Source: Eledone cirrhosa
Lineage: Eukaryota
Reading direction: 5' to 3'
Assembly (NCBI GenBank): GCA_964016885.1
Contig: OZ024743.1
Location: 231,012,001-231,076,000, forward strand
DNA length: 64,000 nt
Shown here one piece after another: positions 52,716-64,000 of the stretch. The notes under the pieces were generated by a model. That model did not search any database. It worked only from the letters and a program-made list of their open reading frames with translations, and was not told the DNA's origin. Every line of letters starts with the position of its first letter. The first letter of the stretch is position 1. The translations under genes were made by a program, and so were the position numbers.

Positions 52716-53236
52716 GTGTACGAATCTATGTGTGTCTTCACGTGTGTGCGTTGGTATATATAATATCGGTATAAACAACATATATTCCGCGTTATTTCTT
52801 CTGTCTTTCTGAAACACACCTCAGTTGAATGTTCCCTTATGGTCCTAGTGCACAGGATGTTAAAAGCGTTACCCTGGAAGATAGCAAGAGAGATATACTG
52901 AAAAATCTAATAAGTAGGAAGGTAATTTGGGAACACAGGACTCTAAATGTTTCCATCAATATATGTTGTGTAGTAAATCTATCAGAAATTCCTGCTTATT
53001 TGACAGGCTTTTAATAAGACAAAATTCGTTTTAAGTTTAGGTAGAAGCCATAAGTATTCTCTAAATTTACATGCGATTATGAAAGTATTTGTGGGGGGAT
53101 TATTTTCCCGATACTCGTCTATCAAGTGTTTTCATTGTCACTGTGCGTCAGAACCAATATTTATTTTTGTTTAAGCTTCATTCAGTGTACACCTCTCTCG
53201 CCCTTTCTCTGTTTGTCCTGTTCTCTTTCTTTCTTA

Positions 53237-53272
<36 letters not shown>

Positions 53273-53671
53273 CACACACTGAATCTGTATAAATACATGC
53301 AGGTTCGATGCTATCCTCAAGGTTAACTAGGTAGCCGTCTATGTTGCTAACAACTGAGAGTCGCATGAGTGTTTTATAGATATTTCAAAAAAATAAATTT
53401 TAATAAATAATTTCCCTGAGATCAATAATTAAATCACTAAGCAACGTTGTGGAAATATCCAAAGCATTGGAGAGTGTAGTATGATGTTATGGCTTTCCAC
53501 AGGCTGAAATGTGCGAACAAATATTAAGTTGAAAAAATAAAATTTGAGATGCCGCCTATATTACATGAAACGCTATAATATATTAGTACATATATTTCTA
53601 ACTATTCTAATCTCTGGCATTCCATATAAAGCACACTTCTTATGTTTTTAACTTTAACCTTATGCTACATG

Positions 53672-53793
<122 letters not shown>

Positions 53794-53834
53794 GGAGAGA
53801 GAGGGATATATATATAATATATAATATATAAATA

Positions 53835-53867
<33 letters not shown>

Positions 53868-53893
53868 GCATACACACGTATGTATATATATGT

Positions 53894-53938
<45 letters not shown>

Positions 53939-54885
53939 CTCGATCTGTCTATTCATTCAGTTATTATTAAATCTTGAATAAGTCCCCAATAACCAATATA
54001 TGAGGTAATCCGGTACACATTTATAATCGATTTCACTCAACCAAAATAAAAAATATATATTTATATTTTTTCATTACCCAGAATATTTATCAGAATTTCA
54101 AATAGAGAAGATGAAATATAAATAATATGATGATTCCCCATTACATTTTCCTGAAAGTAAAAACTTTATCACAATTTTACATTTCTTTTTTATATATAGC
54201 ATTTAAATAAAAATCATTTTCACTTCTCCTTTCAAATATAGTATGAAATATTTCAAAGTGTTTTAGTAGTGTGTAGAGGAAGAGATTCATATAATTGACT
54301 TTGGAATATAAAATGTTACTAAACCAGAACATATAGACATTACACAACATACAAATGACATCCTTGCAATACCGTTGCTATGTGTTCTCCCAGGAAGATA
54401 ACCGATTTATATAATTGATTTTGGAATAGAAAATATTACTAAACCAGACAATGTAGGCGTTATACAACTTACTAATGACATACTGTAGTAGAGTTGCTAT
54501 GAATTTTCTCAGGAGGTTAAAACAATATATGAATATGTTGCACCGTATAATGGTTCTATTTAGGTACACGTCCGGGCATTTTGAGGGAGAATGATGCCGA
54601 TTAAATCGAAATCAATCTTAGTACTTGCATAGCACCTTATATTATTGACACCTGAACGATGAAAATCAATGCTGCCCCGGGCAGATTTTGAAATCAGAAC
54701 ATTAAAGAGGTCGAACAAATTGCTTTATATTCGAACTCTGCTAATTCTACCAATTATACACCCTACTTAGTGCTATAAAATACATATACAAGCAATTATG
54801 TATGCAAGTATGTATGTATGCGTACAAGCATCCAACCCCTGCCTCTCCCTTTCACAATGTATATATAATACACATATATATTTTT

Positions 54886-54932
<47 letters not shown>

Positions 54933-54981
54933 TGTGTGTGTCTGTGTATGTGTGAATGTGTGTATGTGTGTGTGCCTGTGT

Positions 54982-55034
<53 letters not shown>

Positions 55035-55056
55035 GTGTGTGTGTGTATGTGTGTGT

Positions 55057-55088
<32 letters not shown>

Positions 55089-56619
55089 TTGAATATAAAT
55101 ATTCCAGAATGAAACATACAGAACGCGTAGAAATAGCAGTATTTTTATAATTCACCAATGACAGAGAGTTACGCTTAAATGTGAATCGGGAGACTTACTT
55201 TCTAGTAATCTTAAATAACTATGGGTAAAATTGAAATAAAATAATACATAAATCATTCTTGTTCAACTCCCACACATCATTACTTAAATACATCAAACAC
55301 TTTCCCCTTTATCCATGGCATGTAGCTCAAAATGTAAATTTTTTTCAATCCAAATTTAATCACATCTCATCCACTATCATATGGAATGCAGAATTTCATG
55401 CATTTCATATAAACCAGAAACAAATCTAGCTGATATCATTATTCCACGTATAATAACATATCGGAAAGTATGTTACCAGACACATCACACCAATCATATT
55501 ACATATCGAATACATCTTTACATATTAAGCGATCATATTTAAAGCGTGGAATATCGAGTACATTGAAACTATGGAACACTTTAGAACTCACTTTTTTTAA
55601 AGTACTTATTATGACATAAACTAGAAGAAATGAATAAGTAACGAATTGGCAGAGTCTTTAGAATGTCGGATTGTGCTCTGAGTTCATAGTATATGTCGTC
55701 CCAATGTCGTCTCAAATAGCGAAAGTAAATATTCCCTTATTTGACATAAGGATGCAGATATGAAGATACGTAAAGAAAATTTTACCTCGAGTGTGTGGAT
55801 ATGATTATAAGGTATTTTACATATTATATTAAACATAATTATATGTTTATAGTATATGGGACAAACATCTAGTTTTTTATGTAATCACTTGTTCTGCTAA
55901 AATCAGCGTCCACGCCAGACTACTGTTTGGTAATGGAAAGAACAAAAAGACATAAACCTGAAAAGACAAGACAGTCACGGTTAAAGGTTTATAGCCAGAG
56001 ATGACTCAAGTCAGTATATTTCCTAGTAAATATTTATTCAAAACAATGCAGTGTTGGTGATATTTTTATTAAATCGTGAAAGTCTTATAAAGATTTATAT
56101 CATCAAATAAGTTACGTTATGTAAACAGATAGTTCGTTCACCGATTTTATACGTAAAGCAACATGTCCTGTAGTTGAGATGTAAAGAAAGCAACATTAAT
56201 TCATTTTAAGATAACGATTTCCACCATTCCTTCTCTCACTAAACACAGAGGAAATCCGCTGCCACATTCTTTCAGTTCTTCAACGGATTATGCTACCATA
56301 TACAGCGTTTGTACATTGGTGGTGTCATGGCTAAGGTCAGCACTAAGATAGAGAGAAAGCAAGTTACAGACAAAAATGTGAACATTTCTACTTTTATATA
56401 TATGCAAAAATAATTTTTCCCCCTATTATTATAGTTCCTATTAATATGCAATTTAATTGCATTATACACTTACGTTGCGTGAAAAATCTTACAAGCTGAA
56501 ACCGGTACAAATAATGCGGAAATTCCTATTTTGTAAATAAATGTTCTGATGTTATTCTGAGAGAAAATCACTTTAGCATTTTCTAGTGTTTCATTTCTTT
56601 TTTATTATATATTAGGTCA

Positions 56620-56819
56620 AGCTAAATTAAAATTTATAGCCTAGCAAATAAATAGCCGAACTTGTCAAGGGGAACTTCGTTATATGGGAAGATTGTAGTT
56701 GTCAAGAGGATCGGTCAAAATTTGTTGTAAACACAAATAAATCTATCATGGCATTTGGTGGGAGGTACCCCTTGACAAGTTCGGCTATTTATTTACTAGG
56801 CTATAAATTCTAATTTAGT
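56620..56819. repeat. ~200-bp fold-back with ~55-bp inverted arms
   Basis: ctaaatta.aatttatagcctag.aaataaatagccgaacttgtcaagggg and its reverse complement at 56766-56819. Confidence 0.8.
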
Positions 56820-56950
56820 AAAAAAAAAAGCCGTCGAAACGGCTTGAGTTCTGCCGTCGAGGTAATACCTTTTCCTATTACCCACTCTACTACCCTAAGT
56901 ATTGAGTACTCTGGTGCGTTATGGTTCATCTGGTTCCTTACCACACTTCG

Positions 56951-56997
<47 letters not shown>

Positions 56998-58126
56998 GAG
57001 AGAGAGAAAGATACACAGAGAGTAAGAGAGACAAGATTCTGGTGGTCCACGAATTTATTTTCGTGACCCCCGGATTTAGCTCACACGCTCATTGAAATAA
57101 CAAGTGGGCAATTGATATGCTGCTCGTTGCATTACCGAGCGAACACAATCAGATACTGAGTGAGTGTGATGGCAGTTAACAGGTATTGGTTACACCGATA
57201 TATATATATACATGTGTGTTTTTGTGGGTGTCTGTCTGTGTGTGTATGTGTGTTTGTGACTGTGCGGGTGTGCCTGTGTATGTGCTTTTTCGTGTGAACC
57301 AGAGTCTATATGTTTGGTTCAGTCACATTTGATAATTGATCTGCAATCAATTCCCGATATCTAGTTCATCTCTATTAAAAAAAATACCGCCTATGTAATA
57401 TATCGATATTCCGCTCTTTAAAGTAAAAAACATAATAGCTAAATTTGGTGGGTGGGGCTTTCAATCACAGCGCCTGAAAATGACGCGTTGAATACGATTT
57501 GTATCGGATATCGCAACTGATGTAATGGCACATAAACAAACAACAACAATATGATTTATTTCAACTAAAAAAGGGAAAGAAGGGATCGTAAAATCCGAAC
57601 AACGATAGTATATTTATTTTATTGCTGATGAAATCAGCAGTTCACAACTCCTGGTAGAAGGAAGCGGAATTGCAACACATTTGGTGCTGCAAAGCTTCCA
57701 GACAGATTCTTTAACAGATCCACAAATCTAGCGCTCCTTTGTCAAATACTAATTTGGCGAGGGCCAAAGAATGAAAGACAATTATAATCACTGGAAGAAT
57801 TGAACGCAGATTTTCAGATTAATTACTGAGGCATTTAATCGAATGCTGTAATGACTCGGCCCATTCAATAATAGCCGCGTAGACACACATTTTAACATAT
57901 AGTTTGGCTAAGTGGATTCGAACTCTTGGACAAAGAATAGATAATAATTGGCATTATTCACTTGGCTATCTAACGTCTACTTTTTAGATGATACATGCAT
58001 GCATACATAAACACACCTATTTGTTACTATCTGTCTCTCTCTTTCTCTCCCCCGTCTCAGTCTCTCACTCACACACTCTCTCTCTCGCTATCTCTCTCTC
58101 TCTCGCCCTCTCTCTCTTACATATAT

Positions 58127-59180
<1,054 letters not shown>

Positions 59181-59995
59181 AGTCTCCTTCAGCAACAAAT
59201 TCACCAGTTACGGCACCAATATCATTAGCAACAATATCAACAGCAGCACCGTTATCATAGTCGATGCATCATCAACTCTTTCAAAAAGAAGGCATCAAAA
59301 CAACTACATAAAGCATACTTCAAATATATCAGGAACAAAAGCAGAAACATACGAATTATTTAGTACAGATAACATCAGCACAAGAACTTAAAACTTCAAA
59401 CACCTGTTCTGTGTGTTAACACACTGTGAGAGTTATATTACCCAAACATATACATACTCAGTGGACTGAAAGAGTTAATCAAACGAAAGCTAAAATAAAA
59501 ATATATAAATAGAAATATATAATAAATATAAAAAAGACAACTAACATACACACACACACACAAAATAAAACACAGTTGTCGTTTCTGTTTCTATTTGATC
59601 TCGAAATACTTTTTTATTTTACGGAAGAAGTACCGTTTGAAGGTTATATACAATACAATAAACAAAATAATAAAAGAAACGTGAAAGGCACCTAACATTT
59701 GCCCCTAAACAATATCCATAGTTGCAGAATGTTCTCGAAAAGTATAGTTGGATCTTTCTTTTTTTTTTCTAGCTTTTCTGTGTTGCCGCTTGACCTAACC
59801 AATCAAGTTGATATTGGTTCAAGTTTGGCAAAAGGTTGGTTGTGTTTTCTTAGTAATATTTTGGCTTTCGGTTTCTCTGTTTGTTTGAATTATATAAATA
59901 TTTTCTTTCTATCATTATTTCTATCCAGTTTACACAACATTTCTCCCCACCTCTCTCTTTATAAATATATATATGCATATATATATATGCATATA

Positions 59996-60052
<57 letters not shown>

Positions 60053-60070
60053 ATGTATGTATATATACAC

Positions 60071-60112
<42 letters not shown>

Positions 60113-60345
60113 AGTACCCCCCGGCAATCGCAGTCCCGGTTATTCGCGGAATTTTCCTTAGAACCTAACTAATAATCGTTCGTGGAAACCACCACTTCCG
60201 GAATCGTAAATATTTTCCACGATACCTTTATGATTTTTTTCGTGGTAATATATATTCTTTCATGCTTTTTAAAGCAAGATTATTGATATAGAAATATTAC
60301 GCGGTTCTTCAATATTCGCGGGTGCCCTAGGTACATGGGAACACC

Positions 60346-60413
<68 letters not shown>

Positions 60414-60579
60414 AAGCACAAAAACAAATGACATGGTATAACAGACAAATGTATGTTAGACTCCCGATTAATATATTAGAAAAAGAGTCTTATCTATGCA
60501 GAGCGCTAGGTACACATACATGGCCGCCCTCTCTCTCTCTATCTCTCTCTCTCTGTCTCTCACACACACACACACAAAT

Positions 60580-60621
<42 letters not shown>

Positions 60622-60624
60622 CAG

Positions 60625-61330
60625 ATTATAGAAAACAATCAATTTTTTTTGTTTAATAATTATTCGGTCCTCAATGTTGCCATTGACTGACCGACGGTCA
60701 AAAATAATACAGATACAATATAGACACAAACACATATATATAGTTTATCATAAATCTTTCGTTGCACATCTGCAACATCGTCAGTGGTGCTATTGTTTCC
60801 TCCTGCTGAATTGTATGGCTACGCCATTTTTATTCAGTCTGTCTATATATTTATTTATTTGCTTGTTTGTTTATTTGTTTATTTTATTTTGTCTTCTTTG
60901 CGCATGCGTTTGCGTGTGTGTATAGTGTTTTGTTTGATGTGTGATGTGTGTTCGTGATTGGGTGACTAATGTGTGTTTATGTGTTTGTTGTTATTGTGTT
61001 TGTGTATGTATTTATTTATTTATTTATTTATTTATTTTATTTTATTTTATTTACTTATTTATACTTCTCTTAGGTCAGTGTTGTTTGTTTGGGTGTTGTT
61101 GTTATTCCATTCATTCTTTCTGTTTAGTCTTGGTCTTCTAAGTTCTATTTCACTGGCCTCTCTGATTTGCCTATCTGCTGGGTCATTTCTATGTTTAAAT
61201 ATTATTCTACTTTCTATGTTGTCTATGTTACCGTCATGTTGTTGTTTGGTATGTTCGTATAGCACTGACCCGTTTTTTCGTCCTTTTAGTTCCCCCAGTG
61301 TTGGTCTATCCTATGCCATCTTAACATATT
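60625..61330 (-). mobile_element. PLE 3' fragment (GIY-YIG C-terminus + pLTR)
   Basis: LYEHTKQQHDG..FKHRNDPADRQIREASEIELRRPRLNRKNEW matches PLE endonuclease ends. Hammerhead lies downstream on the same strand. Confidence 0.8.
60747..60788 (-). ncRNA. Minimal hammerhead ribozyme (slightly decayed)
   Basis: Minus: acca CTGACGA t-gttgca-gatg-tgcaac GAA AGATTT A tgat. Confidence 0.7.
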
Positions 61331-61409
61331 CCCACACACACACACATAACACCCATATACTCACACACACAACTCCCTCCCCCATTTCTGCTAATAGAAT
61401 CATCTTCCA

Positions 61410-61743
61410 ATATACACACACACAAGCACACAAATAAACATACATATCTTTACATTCTTTATTCAATAGAAAATCTGAACTCTGACACCCCAGCGAACTA
61501 ACTATATTCACTGAACCAGAACAATTCTCCCATCCCATTTCTCTTGACCATTATATTTTGCTTGTCATAACATTCTCTAAAAAGGCTACAGAATAGATTT
61601 CCAAATAAGGGCGCGAATATTTAATGAAAACTTGTTCACGTGACAGTCATATTTTCATTTATAACCAATCAAATTACGTTTATTAAAAAAAGCCTTCGTG
61701 AGCCCCTTTTTTTAAGTAAAAAGAAATTCAAACACACACACAC

Positions 61744-61820
<77 letters not shown>

Positions 61821-62472
61821 ACACACAAGCACACAAATAAACATACATATCTTTACTTTCTTTATTCAATAGAAAATCTGAATTCTGACACCCCCAGCGA
61901 ACTAACCATATTCACTGAACCAGAACAATTCTCCATCCAATTTCTCTTGACCATTATCTTTTACTTGTCATAAAATTCTCTAAACAGCTACAGAATAGAT
62001 TTACAAATAAGGGCGCGAAAATGTAATGAAAACTTGTTCACGTGACAGCCATAATTTCATTTATAAATAATCAAATTACGTTTATTAAAAAAAGCCTTCG
62101 TGAGCCCCCCTTTTTTAAGTAAAAAGAAATTCAAACACACACACACAACACACACACAAGCACACCAATAAACATACATATCTTTACTTTCTTTATTCAA
62201 TAGAAAATCTGAATTCTGACACCCCAGCGAACTAACCATATTCACTGAACCAGAAGAATTCTCCCATGCAATTTCTCTTGACCATTATCTTTTACTTGTC
62301 ATAAAATTCTCTAAAAACGCTACAGTATGGCTTTCCAAATAAGGGCGCGAAAATTTAATGAAAACTTGTTCACGTGACAGCCATAATTTCATTTATAACC
62401 AATCAAATTACGTTTATTAAGAAAAAAAGCCTTCGTGATCCCCCCTTTTTTCAAGTAAAAAGAAATTCAAAC
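61410..62472 (+). repeat. Three tandem ~330-400 bp units separated by (CA)n
   Basis: gggcgcgaa recurs at ~61608, 62011 and 62343 with matching surrounding sequence. Confidence 0.9.
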
Positions 62473-62690
62473 ACTCATATATGAAAATACAACCTGTGAC
62501 AATCCCCCCCCCCCTTCGTTGAAGAGATTTGTAACGTGATCTGTCGCGAAATTTATTTTAATTATTGACCAACCAATCAGATTACTTCTCGAAAAACCTG
62601 GCATTTCGAGCCACTTTTTCCATATAAAAGAAGTAACATTCAGAGACCAACCAGATGTGAGAAAAACCACAGACCCTCCATCTCAACTCT

Positions 62691-62728
62691 ACATTTGAAA
62701 AGCAGAAGAAATGCGAAACCGGTAAAGG
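62691..62728 (+). ncRNA. Minimal hammerhead, U3-A8 variant, weak stem I
   Basis: acat TTGAAAA gca-gaagaaa-tgc GAA ACCGGT A aagg, 72 nt after a TATA box. Confidence 0.55.
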
Positions 62729-63001
62729 AACCAAATAAATATATATATATTTAAAAAAATAAGACTCAAGTTGCGTTTTCGATTTCATCTTTTTTTCTAT
62801 AGATATTAATAATATATATATATATATATATATATATTATTAATATTATATATATATATATATTATAAATTAAATATATAAAAGTTTACATATATATATA
62901 CATACATATACATATACGTGTTTTGCAACTGGTCACTTTGTGGCTCAATGAAAAATTAATAAATTAAACAATCAGAGCTATATATCATAAAACAACAATA
63001 T

Positions 63002-63525
63002 AAAATATATACTATTTCCTCTCCCAATTAGCATAATTAACCATATAAAAAATCGAATAGACCAGGCTATAAGAATGAGGCTTCTATGAAGAAATCTCCG
63101 ACAAATAACCGAAACTAGCGCTTCGCGTCGGAACTGAAAATGAATTTCTTGGCGCGATCACTTTGGAAAATTTAGTGTCTAGAATAGAGTGAGCTTCCTG
63201 GTGAATCAGGCGCTCGAGTTTATATAATTATTACATAATTATTGGAAAACTCAAAATACGGACGAAACCATGATAGAGGAGGTATTTAAATGTATTCTAT
63301 TTTCTCCTAGTTTATTTTACACCTAATTCTGTTTAGTTGACTATATCTGGGCGATTACGCTGTCGAAATATTCGATAAATATTCAGCTACGGCCGATGCG
63401 AAGCGCTAGTTTCGGTTATTTGTCGGAGATTTATTCATAGAAGCCACATTCTTATAGCCTGGTCTATTCGATTTTTTATATGGTTAATTATGCTAATTGG
63501 GAGAGGAAATAGTATATATTTTATC
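63002..63525. repeat. ~520-bp fold-back/MITE-like element with ~130-bp inverted arms
   Basis: 63002-63130 is the near-perfect reverse complement of ~63393-63525. Confidence 0.85.
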
Positions 63526-63549
63526 TTGTGATTCTATAGACATGTTTTA

Positions 63550-63605
<56 letters not shown>

Positions 63606-64000
63606 CCACAGGTAACCCATTTTAAATACAAACTAAAAATCACACACCACACGCACAACAAATAACAAAAAAAGCAAAAAAACGAATGTCCCTAAAAAAA
63701 TACAAATGTCCTCCAACACAAGACAAGACTCGAACACAAAATGTGTTCCAAAATCGTAGACTGCAACCCACACAGAACAGGTTCCAAAATGGTAGATCCC
63801 AACGCATACAAAGGAACAAAATTTACATACCGTACCATCAACAGACCGAACCTCAATACGTCTGAAACTTCTATACAACACCACACAACAACAATGAAAA
63901 TGCCGTTAGATATAATAATACCCATGAAAACACAATTCAGAAAAATCATTTTTTAGACCAAGGCTATAGGACCAACGACACACAGTGGCACAAACCGATT

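Noticed and set aside
56475-56510. gtgaaaa..GAAACCGGTA hammerhead-like motif
   Set aside because: The 3-8 pair is broken and stems I and II are poor. At best a decayed remnant.
60112-60348. Tigger/pogo-like MITE (ttattcgcgg motifs)
   Set aside because: Suggestive, but I could not define matching terminal inverted repeats.
63078-63125. ATGAAGA/ATGAATA...GAAACTAG in the fold-back arms as a hammerhead
   Set aside because: No stem II or stem I pairing and no UH site.

Overview
Eukaryotic, AT-rich, microsatellite-dense window with no host gene I can support. The tRNA-SINE family and repeat landscape suggest an octopus/cephalopod genome (inference). Almost all long 'ORFs' in the track are simple-repeat artefacts. 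Real content is retroelements: a decayed Tx1/L1-clade LINE (1-3592, minus), an apparently intact Neptune-type Penelope-like element (PLE, ~26170-30571), several PLE fragments and fold-back pLTR remnants, RTE-type LINE fragments including one 5'-inverted insertion, an R4/Dong-like 3' fragment, a ~590-bp bipartite non-autonomous RTE family (5 copies) and many tRNA-SINEs. Main discoveries: (1) The intact PLE has two ORFs, a coiled-coil/basic ORF1 and an RT-GIY-YIG ORF2, overlapping in the -1 frame at an in-phase U_UUU_UUA slippery site, which predicts gag-pol-like programmed frameshifting. (2) About a dozen hand-folded minimal hammerhead ribozyme motifs occur, including U3-A8 and A3-U8 core variants. 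(3) Three otherwise dissimilar pLTRs share a cassette: CCAAT/E2F - GAGCCACTTTT - TATA - ~72-75 nt - hammerhead. All folds and alignments were done by eye.
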